Assembly (NCBI GenBank): GCA_964350735.1
Contig: CAYGKO010000003.1
Span: forward strand, 52,452 to 116,451
DNA from: an uncultured Candidatus Saccharibacteria bacterium
Lineage (GTDB): Bacteria > Patescibacteriota > Minisyncoccia > Phycocordibacterales > UBA918
Reading direction: 5' to 3'
DNA: 64,000 nt
The notes beneath the pieces are model-generated. The model worked only from the letters and a program-made list of their open reading frames with translations, was not told the origin of the DNA and searched no databases. The stretch's first letter is position 1. Each line of letters opens with the position of its first letter. The translations under genes and the position numbers were made by a program. Below, one piece after another: positions 9,256 through 18,050 of this stretch.

Positions 9256-11852
9256 CGGTGATTCTGTCCGCTGTACTTCTGGCTCAGCATCTGTAGTTTT
9301 TTTTTGTAGATCTCATCTTCAGTTGTTACTACACCAGCTACTACAGAAGTACGATTCTTGTAGATGAATACGTATGCTACGAAGAGTGCCCAGAGCGTAA
9401 GAAGTGCGTAGAAGATGAATGTCAGAATTGGACCAGCTTCAAATCCAGTGTATGGCACTTGTGTCAGTGCAATACCAGCCACCCGTGGTTCTTGTGATCG
9501 GTTCTCGAGCACAACCACATCTTCGTCTTCCACTTCAATATTTACTGTACATTCTCGGTCTCGACTACCTCGTTCAACTACTAAAGTGTATTCAGTATCT
9601 TCAGTTGGTCGAACTCGGATACTTCCATCATCTACATCATCATCGTCATCAGTAGAGAAGATTTCTCGATCACCCTTATCTCCTTCGAAGATAGTAAGTT
9701 CTCGTCCTCGACTCGTTTCCCATGAGAGTGTGATTTGTTCACCTGCCTTGATCGTTCGATCAGATGCGGTGAATTCACAACGTGGTCGACTTGATCCTCC
9801 ACCACCTCCACCACCTCGATTTTCTACTGTAATTGTTTCAGTACATGTCACTGGAGTTTCTCCAGCTGCGATAGCAGTAAGTGTGTAGGTGATGTCACCA
9901 ATTGTAGAAGGAGCATTTACAGTGATATCACTATCAGCTGGGAGATTACTTCCGACTCCTTGGTCAATTGACACGCTCTCTGCATTTGTCGTATCCCACC
10001 GGAGGGTGAATGAACCATTTTCAAGTACGGTAGATGGAGTAGCTTGGAAGCTTTCACACACGATGTTGCTACCACTTACTCCTGGCACCACCACGTTAGT
10101 TGGGTCAGTGTCCGTTACTGTCGCACCATCTACAGCTGAATCTCCCGTCACATTTGCCACATTAGTGAATGAAGCTTGTACGTTAGACGTGGCACACGTA
10201 TAGGTATCTGAAGCCCCTTGCGCAAGGCTACCAATTGTCTTGTTACACGCTGCTTCAAGTGGGTCGGTTACTACTACGTTTACCAAATTTTCATTACCAG
10301 TGTTCGTCACTACGATCTCAAAGTTAGCAATGCCACCAGCTGATACTGTCTGTGTATCATCCTTATCAATAGCATCACGCTTGATGATTTCAATTGCTGG
10401 ATTAGTTTGTGTAACAACCGGTGTTACCACAACCGGTGTCGTACATACTGCGTCTGCCTGACCATCTTTACGAGCAGTTAGTGTATAGGTCGTATCGCCA
10501 AGCGCTGGTGTCTCAACAAGCGTAGTTTTATTAGCGTCTGTGCTAATAACCGTAGCTCCTTTAGCAAAGGTAACTGAATCAGCGTTAGTCGTTGTCCAGT
10601 TAAAATTTACCGTTCCTCCTAGAGTAAGTGACTGTGAACCTTTTGGATTCAAATCACAAGTCGGCGCATTAACTGCAACTGCTGTAGTCGTAAGTGTCGC
10701 CGGACACGTAGCAGTCTTTCCAGCCCCATTGTTTACGGTTACGGTGTAGGTTTTGCTGCCAAGATCAGACTGACTTACTGCCTTACTGCCAGCGTTGTTC
10801 GCAACTGTAATCACACCCACACCATTGTTAGCAGAAGCTGATGCAATATTTGATCCACTAACAGTCAGTGTTGATGCCGTATTTACAGTGACTGAACTTG
10901 GAGAGAATGAAGCAGTACAGATTGGATCTGGCACTACTACTGGTGCCGCTGTCGTCGTGAGGGTTGCTGTACAAGACCCAGGCTTACCTTGGTTGTTAAG
11001 TACTGCAATGGTGTAGGTTTTAGTTCCAACTGTTGTCTGGGTTACAGACTTACTACCAGCGTTGTTCGCAATTGTTACCGCTCCAACACTATTATTCACT
11101 GAAGCCGAAGCTAGGTTTGAACCATTGATTTGGAGTGTAGCCGGTGTATTTACCTGAACTGAAGCCGGATTAAATAGCGCCGTACATACTGGATCAGGAT
11201 CTGGTGCTGGTGTAGGTTTTGCATTTACTGTAATTTTCACATTACAAGTCCGCTCCACACCATCAGCGTTTTTCACTGTACCAGTGAATACACGATTTGT
11301 ACCAGTTACGGTCACAGTAGTACTAAGGGGCTGGTTATTTATACCAATCGCTCCCTTACCACGATCCAATTTCGCAGAAACAGCATTGGTTCCCTTAAGC
11401 GTAAACGTAACTTGGTCACCCGCAGTGATAGTCAAGTTAGACTGACCATTCACTTTAAGGACACAAGATGGAATTGGGGCTGATACAACTCCAGGGTCAT
11501 CACGATCAGGCTCTGGGTTAGTCGGAGTACTTGGCTCGTCATCACGACCGCTGCCGCTACCACAACCACCGCAACCATTTCCACCTCCAGAGTTACCAGA
11601 GCCACCATTTGATGTACCCCCGGTACCAAAACCGCCGTCTCCACCAGCACCTTCGCCACCGCCAGAACCAGAACCTCCTCCAGAGCCGCCAGAGCCACCG
11701 TCAGAGTCTCCGCCAGAACCAAAAGCTTCAGCTTGAATTTCTTCGCTTGAGAACTCAAAAAATGATTGTACTTGTGGGAGTGCAATATAAGAAACCACTA
11801 CCGCAACTGCGATTGGGAAAATTAATTTTTTGAATGGAATATTTTTTTTCAT
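9249..11852 (-). CDS. Surface protein with Gly-rich linker, tandem Cys-bounded Ig-like repeats, DUF11-like domain and VPYTG sorting-like signal
   Basis: Signal/TM after MKKNIPFKK, repeated P.C....beta modules, FEIVVTNTGNENLVNVVVTD, then LTQVPYTG + TM + KNR. Confidence 0.85.
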   Translation of the reverse strand: MKKNIPFKKLIFPIAVAVVVSYIALPQVQSFFEFSSEEIQAEAFGSGGDSDGGSGGSGGGSGSGGGEGAGGDGGFGTGGTSNGGSGNSGGGNGCGGCGSGSGRDDEPSTPTNPEPDRDDPGVVSAPIPSCVLKVNGQSNLTITAGDQVTFTLKGTNAVSAKLDRGKGAIGINNQPLSTTVTVTGTNRVFTGTVKNADGVERTCNVKITVNAKPTPAPDPDPVCTALFNPASVQVNTPATLQINGSNLASASVNNSVGAVTIANNAGSKSVTQTTVGTKTYTIAVLNNQGKPGSCTATLTTTAAPVVVPDPICTASFSPSSVTVNTASTLTVSGSNIASASANNGVGVITVANNAGSKAVSQSDLGSKTYTVTVNNGAGKTATCPATLTTTAVAVNAPTCDLNPKGSQSLTLGGTVNFNWTTTNADSVTFAKGATVISTDANKTTLVETPALGDTTYTLTARKDGQADAVCTTPVVVTPVVTQTNPAIEIIKRDAIDKDDTQTVSAGGIANFEIVVTNTGNENLVNVVVTDPLEAACNKTIGSLAQGASDTYTCATSNVQASFTNVANVTGDSAVDGATVTDTDPTNVVVPGVSGSNIVCESFQATPSTVLENGSFTLRWDTTNAESVSIDQGVGSNLPADSDITVNAPSTIGDITYTLTAIAAGETPVTCTETITVENRGGGGGGGSSRPRCEFTASDRTIKAGEQITLSWETSRGRELTIFEGDKGDREIFSTDDDDDVDDGSIRVRPTEDTEYTLVVERGSRDRECTVNIEVEDEDVVVLENRSQEPRVAGIALTQVPYTGFEAGPILTFIFYALLTLWALFVAYVFIYKNRTSVVAGVVTTEDEIYKKKLQMLSQKYSGQNHRW

Positions 11853-11968
11853 AATAAATTTGATAAGTAAGTAATGTGTTACCTCTGTATATTCCCACCT
11901 ACACCAGTACGCGAGAATATAAAAGGTGAGAAGCCGATCACAAAGTGACCGCCTTCCCAAATCTTGAA

Positions 11969-12523
11969 TCAGGAGCGCGGGTATGCATCACGACCCGGGT
12001 CGCAGACGCACGCCAAGGCGCTGTCGAGCGGCACCAAGGTGATGTTGTTACATACCGCCGGGACATAAACTTCCCAACGGTGATTAACATTATCCCCTTG
12101 TGGGACCGTGACCCACCATTTCCGACAGATGAACAGCTTGCGCGTCCATTCGTCGGTGACGACAGTCGGATTGATGGAAATGAACCCATCACCCGAAATC
12201 ATTGCACCTGGCAGTATCTTTCCGCGATACTGTGTATCCAGGTTGATGAGCTCGTCGCCGTCAGGTCGAGTCAGCAGAGCGTTTCGGATCATGATCCGCT
12301 CTCGCTGAGAAAGGTTCAGTCGCCCAATTGCCAGAGCTTCTCTGAAACCATCCTTAACGAAACGCTCTTGCAAGGATGCTCCACCCCCGTCTGACCAACG
12401 AAGAGTTCCGTCAGCCATGAGGGTTCCGTTCTGGAAGACCGGACCCTTAGGAGAATCTGCACCAACAGGAAGCGGAGCAATAAAGCTCGCAGCCATACCA
12501 GCACAGAATGAACGCCTGTTCAT
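11969..12523 (-). CDS. Hypothetical exported protein with twin-arginine-like signal
   Basis: MNRRSFCAGMAASFIAPLPVGA, AAAGGA SD, C-terminal Cys residues. Confidence 0.7.
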   Translation of the reverse strand: MNRRSFCAGMAASFIAPLPVGADSPKGPVFQNGTLMADGTLRWSDGGGASLQERFVKDGFREALAIGRLNLSQRERIMIRNALLTRPDGDELINLDTQYRGKILPGAMISGDGFISINPTVVTDEWTRKLFICRKWWVTVPQGDNVNHRWEVYVPAVCNNITLVPLDSALACVCDPGRDAYPRS

Positions 12524-12526
12524 TGG

Positions 12527-13039
12527 CTATCCTTTCGGTTTGACCATCCAAATGGCCGCTGCGTTATCCTTCGAGTTAGCGAAGGCTGGATCATCATGCC
12601 TCGTCTCGATTGAGCCATGACAGTTGACCGTTGGCCCTCCATTTGCTGGAAAAGCTTTCTGGAGACCGATCGCTGGCCAAGAAGACGGTGCTTTGACACA
12701 GATGTCGCGACCCGGCGCCTTCATGCTGTCGGGCGCCTCGAAGTACCAGGTGCCGTTGTGCTCAAGCTCGAGCGTAACGACGTGTGTTTCGCCAGTCGGG
12801 TTGCCGCTGAGGTAGCCGAGAAAAGTGAACGTACCGGTAGCCGGCTTGATCTCACCCTTCTTCAGAGCTTTCTCGAACGCGACAATCATTTGGCCGTCAT
12901 CGAAGTTATATGCGCGGGCGATTTCCCACACCTTCTCAGATTCTTCAACGGCGACCAAACCGGTCCACCATTTCCCGTCAGCCAAAGCTGGGGTAACAAA
13001 GCAAAGCGCCATAACAGCGCTCAAAAGAATGCGAAGCAT
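12527..13039 (-). CDS. Hypothetical secreted protein
   Basis: Sec signal MLRILLSAVMALCFVTPALA and GGAGAG SD before ATG 13039. Its stop is 3 nt from the next gene's start. Confidence 0.75.
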   Translation of the reverse strand: MLRILLSAVMALCFVTPALADGKWWTGLVAVEESEKVWEIARAYNFDDGQMIVAFEKALKKGEIKPATGTFTFLGYLSGNPTGETHVVTLELEHNGTWYFEAPDSMKAPGRDICVKAPSSWPAIGLQKAFPANGGPTVNCHGSIETRHDDPAFANSKDNAAAIWMVKPKG

Positions 13040-13273
13040 GTCGCTCTCCAATTCTGATTCAATTTCAAAGTTCAATTACTCCCTCTACCATCCACGGCGA
13101 TAAGGTTGAACTTACTCGTGCGATGGCAGCGAGCTTGGTTGCAAGAAACGGACGACGCTCATAGGAGCGCGTTTCTTAGGACCAAGCTTGCTAGGAATAT
13201 GTTGTGAGATACTGCGACTTCCTCAATATGATGAGGACTCGCTTCGTTCATCTGTGAACTACTTTACTCTACT

Positions 13274-13302
13274 ATTGTAGCATATCTATTGACTTTTGTC
13301 AA
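13274..13302 (-). promoter_or_regulatory. Near-consensus sigma70 promoter
   Basis: On the minus strand, TTGACA-N17-TACAAT with a TG extended -10. Confidence 0.75.
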
Positions 13303-13482
13303 TATAATTGTCTAGTTATTTATTGGTCCAGCAATTTCTTCTAAAGAGGTAGAAAATTGGTAACTTGTACCCTGTGGGTATAAATTCAATATAGTCGTTG
13401 CACTCCTTATTTCATTCAACTTTTGTCAATACTATGGTGCAACTGAATAATGGATCCGAGCGATCCTCAGAGCCATTATTAC

Positions 13483-14211
13483 TTATAGTTGTACGGTCTT
13501 TACTAATGTCGCTTCAAGGATAAACCGGTCATCTGTCGAGCCGAAGCTATCGCACGTTGCGAGCGTAAGCTTAGCCTTATCATCGCTCATTGGCACCGTC
13601 ACTTCAGAGGCTTTGGCTTCGTAGACGCGATCTACGCGGTAGATATATTCAGTATCGATAGACTGCACGCGCACGGTATCACCCCACGAGAGCTTCTGGA
13701 TACCGTTAAAGGCCTGAAAATTCTTATTGAGTACGTTCGGCAAGTAACTAGAATGGCCTAGAATAAGGATGTTTCCGGTATTTTTGAAGTCGGCTGAATC
13801 AGGATGACGTACTACTCCACCTAAAAGCGCCGCATCAAGGTCGGCAACAGCTCGAGAAGTTGGGTTTTTTACCACTACTTCCCGGCCACCAAGGGAGTCA
13901 AAAATGATCTTGGTCGGCAAGGCAGCCGCATCTAGTACCTCAGCTTTTGACTCAGGTTCAATCACTGCTAGTGGCGCCCGCTCTCGCACTTCTGCAACTG
14001 CTTCGACTACAGTGTCTGACACCCCAGCTACCAGCTCATCTACTATTGTCACCGCCGAATCAGAGGATTTTTCTACCGGCTCTGGAATGAAATCTACTAC
14101 AAACAGAACGAAATACGTGAACAGTACCGTACCAAAAAAGACCCCAAAAAAAGCGAGCTTTTGGCGCTTGATTTGCTCATATACGTCCCAAAAGGTGTCG
14201 GATAGGTTCAT
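13483..14211 (-). CDS. Sortase family protein
   Basis: N-terminal TM, ILGHSS (His), TLATC (TLxTC catalytic Cys) and downstream Arg (DDRFILEA). Confidence 0.92.
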   Translation of the reverse strand: MNLSDTFWDVYEQIKRQKLAFFGVFFGTVLFTYFVLFVVDFIPEPVEKSSDSAVTIVDELVAGVSDTVVEAVAEVRERAPLAVIEPESKAEVLDAAALPTKIIFDSLGGREVVVKNPTSRAVADLDAALLGGVVRHPDSADFKNTGNILILGHSSYLPNVLNKNFQAFNGIQKLSWGDTVRVQSIDTEYIYRVDRVYEAKASEVTVPMSDDKAKLTLATCDSFGSTDDRFILEATLVKTVQL

Positions 14212-14273
14212 AACAATAAGGATATTAGTGATCGATATAATACACTATATTTTTATAAAGTCAATACTGATGC

Positions 14274-14301
14274 TTGACATTACTAAGTAATATGATATGA
14301 T
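14274..14301 (+). promoter_or_regulatory. Putative sigma70 promoter
   Basis: TTGACA (14274-14279), 16-nt spacer, TATGAT (14296-14301) with TG extension. Confidence 0.5.
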
Positions 14302-14434
14302 ATTGGAGTCAAATTACTCGAGCGTTCGAGTTTGGTTCTCACTTGCATATCCTGTTCTCCCCCACTCATTAGTGAGTGGTGATTTCTCGGTATGTAGTGA
14401 TAGCTGACATTTAAATGTAACTATCCTTTATTGT

Positions 14435-15481
14435 ATGAATAATGTAACTCAAGAATCAAAAGATTCAGTCATGAAGACCATGGCAGTAGTGGGATTTGTT
14501 GCAGTCATCATCTTTGCAGTATGGCTCGCAGTCCAAATCGTACAGCTCATCCCTGGCGCCTTCACCTCACTCGCCTCTATTGCAGATGGTGTCTACGGCA
14601 ATCGTCCGGTCGCTGAATTTACAGTCGCTTCAAATGAAAGTGTGGTAAACACTGGCGAAGACTTCACACTTTCGTGGACAAACGTAAACCAAAACGGTAC
14701 GTACTCATTTATGTACAAATGTACTGATGGTGTATCAGTTGATATCCGAAACAATGCTGGGGAAATCGTCAGCATTGCTTGCGACACACCACTTGGTCTT
14801 GGTACTGAGGTAACATCACTAGAAATTGCAGCTGCTTCCGAAAAGAAGCGGTTTACAGACGTGGGTTATACCGTCGCCTTCCGCCCAAATGGAGCGGCAG
14901 ATGTAGCCGCTTCACAAAGTGGTAAGTTCACAGTAGTGAACCCCAGTATTCCACAAAGTGTCGCTGTAGCAGATGATACAGACGAATCAGAAGGTGAAGT
15001 AGCTGGTGAAACAACCTCTACTGAATCAGAAGAAGATACTGTTGATCCGGCTCCAGTCGTATCTACTCCAGCTCCCACAGTGATCGAAACACCCATCATT
15101 GCTATCCCAACTTCAGATCCCAACGGATTTACTGACTTGGAAGTGCGATTCCTCGGCGTTGGTACCATGGACAATAATAACCGTTTCACCCAAACCGCAA
15201 CTATCGACAACGATCGTCGGGGAGCGTATCAGTTTGAAGTGAAGAACACTGGTACTAAAACTTCTACTGCTTGGGAGTATGCTGCCATTCTTACATCAGG
15301 GACTGAATACGAATCAGGGCGACAAGATCCACTCAAGCCAAACGAACGATCAGTAATCACTCTTGGTTTTGATGCAGTTGGTGAAACTGGCGTCCAATTC
15401 TTCGGAGCTACCGTTTCAGGCGGAAGTGACCGAAACCGAAACAACAACAGCTTCACCTGGGCAGTTGAAGTAACGAACTAA
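14435..15481 (+). CDS. Membrane-anchored protein with Ig-like domains (C-terminal CARDB-like)
   Basis: N-terminal TM, beta-rich domain, acidic Pro/Thr linker, and FTDLEV...FEVKNTGTK...LKPNER...DRNRNNN. Confidence 0.8.
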   Translation: MNNVTQESKDSVMKTMAVVGFVAVIIFAVWLAVQIVQLIPGAFTSLASIADGVYGNRPVAEFTVASNESVVNTGEDFTLSWTNVNQNGTYSFMYKCTDGVSVDIRNNAGEIVSIACDTPLGLGTEVTSLEIAAASEKKRFTDVGYTVAFRPNGAADVAASQSGKFTVVNPSIPQSVAVADDTDESEGEVAGETTSTESEEDTVDPAPVVSTPAPTVIETPIIAIPTSDPNGFTDLEVRFLGVGTMDNNNRFTQTATIDNDRRGAYQFEVKNTGTKTSTAWEYAAILTSGTEYESGRQDPLKPNERSVITLGFDAVGETGVQFFGATVSGGSDRNRNNNSFTWAVEVTN

Positions 15482-15511
15482 CGTAGAAACTAAAATCTCG
15501 AACGCTACATT

Positions 15512-15551
15512 AAAAACCAGCCGGCGCCCTAGGGCGCCGGCTGGTTTTTTT
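15512..15551. terminator. Bidirectional terminator
   Basis: aaaaaccagccggcgccc-ta-gggcgccggctggttttt. Confidence 0.9.
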
Positions 15552-15565
15552 ATCTATAGCTAACG

Positions 15566-17638
15566 TTAGATATCTAAGTTTGCGTGCTGGGCGTTGGATT
15601 GAATAAAACTTTTTCGTGAAGCTACATCAGTGCCCATTAAGATATCAAATACCTTGTCAGCTTCTTGGGCGTCATCAATGGTCACCTGCTTCAGCAACCG
15701 CTTATCTGCCTGCATGGTAGTCTCGCCGAGCTCTTCTGCATTCATTTCTCCCAGACCCTTATACCGCTGGATCCGGAATTTACCAGCTGCTTTTTTGGTT
15801 TCCTCAACTTCATCTTCACCATCATCTCCTTCTTCGATCACCTCATCAGGTTCGTCTTCACCGACAATGGCAAACTTCTCTTGGTCAGTGTAGGCATACC
15901 ACGTCTCTTTCCCTTTCTGGATTTTATAGAGTGGCGGCTGCGCAATGTATACATACCCTTCTTCTACCAAGGTCTTGAAGTACCGGTAGAAGAGTGTGAG
16001 TAAAAGCGTTCGAATGTGCGCCCCATCAACGTCCGCGTCAGTCGCGATAATGATTTTGTGGTACCGTAGTTTTGAGACATCAAACACATCACCGATGGCA
16101 GTTCCGAGTGCTATCACTAAGTTCTTGATTTGTTCTGATGCAAGCATCTTGTCAATCCGGGCTCGCTCTACGTTTAGGATCTTTCCTCGTAGCGGCAGGA
16201 TAGCCTGTGTCTTTCGGTCACGACCCATCTTGGCTGATCCACCAGCTGAGTCTCCCTCTACAATAAATATCTCTGAATCCTCAGCTCGTTTACTCTGGCA
16301 GTCGGCCAATTTACCTGGTAGCGACATTCCCTCAAGGGCACCTTTACGTAACACTGAGTCTTTGGCCGCCTTAGCTGCTTTACGGGCCTTCACCGCAATC
16401 ACCACCTTATTGATAATGGCTTTCGCATCGTCCGGATTCTCTTCGAGATACGCATTGAACGCCTCTCCAAAGACTGATTCCACCGCCCCTCGGGCCTCAA
16501 CTGATCCTAGCTTACCTTTGGTCTGTCCTTCAAACTGAATCTCTGGCATCTTCACCGACACTACGGCTGTAATGCCTTCAAGTACGTCATCGCCAGTAAA
16601 GCCTGCGTCTTTGTCTTTGACACTAAAGAAGTTGTTTTTCTTGGCGTAGTTATTGAGCGTGCGGGTCAGGGCTGTCTTAAAGCCAGTGATATGGGTTCCG
16701 TGCTCTGGGTTGTAGATATTGTTCGCAAAGGCCGAAATCCGAGAAGAAATATCATCAACGTACTGTAACGACACTTCAACCGACAGTACATTCTCATCAA
16801 TATCGTTTTTCTCAATGTAGAAAATATTTTTGTGAACAGGCTTCTGGTACTGGTTATTGAAGGCCACCAGTGAACGAAGACCCCCTTCAAAGTAAAACGT
16901 CTGGTGTGGTACTTCGAGCTTCTCGTCGGCCAAATACACCACTGACTCCAGCGACTTTGGATCAAGCTTCGCATCGCTTTCGCGCGCATCAATCACGGTC
17001 ATGCGCATTCCTTTTACCAAGTAGGCTTGCTGTCGCAAGTGAGTGACTACTCGCTTCCAGTCGTATTTTACCTCTGGGAAAATAGTGGGATCCGCCTGGA
17101 AGATCACAATCGAACCATTGTGCTTAGTCTTACCTAATTTCTTCACCCGTGCTTTGGCTTTACCAATGGCATACTCTTGCATGTACTGATCGCCATCTTT
17201 ATGGACATCAACTCGAGTATGGGTCGATAGCGCATTCACCACCGATACACCTACACCATGGAGTCCACCTGATACCTTATACCCAGACTCATCACCACCG
17301 AACTTACCTCCCGCGTGCAGCGTCGTCATAATCGTCTCTAGCGCCGAGACCTTGGTCTGCTTGTGCATATCAACCGGGATACCTCGTCCGTTGTCGACCA
17401 CCCGAATGTAGTTGTCGGGCAGTAGTGCCACCTCAACTCGGTCTGCAAAACCACCCATCGCTTCATCGCGCGAGTTGTCGAAGATCTCCCAGATCATGTG
17501 ATGGAGACCATCGGGTCCAGTCGTACCAATGTACATCCCAGGGCGTTTTCGTACCGGTTCTAATCCTTCCAGGACCGAGATGGAAGAGGCGTCATAGCCT
17601 TTTGCTTTCTTGGGGGCAGCAGGTTTTTTAGCAGGCAT
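15566..17638 (-). CDS. gyrB: DNA gyrase subunit B
   Basis: Motifs VRKRPGMYIG, LHAGGKF, SGGLHGVG, VEGDSAGG, PLRGKILN, DADVDGAHI and QRYKGLGEM. Confidence 0.95.
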   Translation of the reverse strand: MPAKKPAAPKKAKGYDASSISVLEGLEPVRKRPGMYIGTTGPDGLHHMIWEIFDNSRDEAMGGFADRVEVALLPDNYIRVVDNGRGIPVDMHKQTKVSALETIMTTLHAGGKFGGDESGYKVSGGLHGVGVSVVNALSTHTRVDVHKDGDQYMQEYAIGKAKARVKKLGKTKHNGSIVIFQADPTIFPEVKYDWKRVVTHLRQQAYLVKGMRMTVIDARESDAKLDPKSLESVVYLADEKLEVPHQTFYFEGGLRSLVAFNNQYQKPVHKNIFYIEKNDIDENVLSVEVSLQYVDDISSRISAFANNIYNPEHGTHITGFKTALTRTLNNYAKKNNFFSVKDKDAGFTGDDVLEGITAVVSVKMPEIQFEGQTKGKLGSVEARGAVESVFGEAFNAYLEENPDDAKAIINKVVIAVKARKAAKAAKDSVLRKGALEGMSLPGKLADCQSKRAEDSEIFIVEGDSAGGSAKMGRDRKTQAILPLRGKILNVERARIDKMLASEQIKNLVIALGTAIGDVFDVSKLRYHKIIIATDADVDGAHIRTLLLTLFYRYFKTLVEEGYVYIAQPPLYKIQKGKETWYAYTDQEKFAIVGEDEPDEVIEEGDDGEDEVEETKKAAGKFRIQRYKGLGEMNAEELGETTMQADKRLLKQVTIDDAQEADKVFDILMGTDVASRKSFIQSNAQHANLDI

Positions 17639-17818
17639 AGTGGATAAGCAGAATAAAAATAATCAATGAATATGCCGGTATTATAGCAAATATACTGCTT
17701 GATTGCCCGCTACACTCGTGGCAAAAATACTTGACAAAAAGCAGAAAAATTACAATTCACCCCTACCTGTGGTTCACCTCTCTAAACCGGCGTATTCTAA
17801 ATTTTAGGAGGATACACG

Positions 17819-18007
17819 ATGACCGACGTTCAGAAGGAACTTGTTGGTCGTGGCCAGCAAGTGCAGCCGCGCGCAGCGTTACTGCAAAGACACGAAAACG
17901 AGCCCCGCTGGCTTGCCTGGGCTCGTACACAAGGTTACGACCTAAGAAATCAGAGTGTTTGTAAACTTGCATATGCAGCGTACAAAAACACTAGGCGAGG
18001 TGGATGA
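17819..18007 (+). CDS. Putative 62-aa orphan protein
   Basis: AGGAGG SD upstream of ATG 17819. It sits in the gap between pheT and gyrB on the opposite strand. Confidence 0.5.
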   Translation: MTDVQKELVGRGQQVQPRAALLQRHENEPRWLAWARTQGYDLRNQSVCKLAYAAYKNTRRGG

Positions 18008-18050
18008 CTGTCTAAAAACTACTCATCCCCCTCGCTTTCGCTAACTCTAC

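Noticed and set aside
1447-17638. Inteins or introns in dnaE or gyrB
   Set aside because: Lengths and motif spacing are normal, and no intein splice-junction motifs were seen.
15566-17638. parE instead of gyrB, since no gyrA is adjacent
   Set aside because: Motifs and the C-terminal ..NA..ANLDI fit GyrB better, and separated gyrA/gyrB is not unusual. A phylogeny would settle it.
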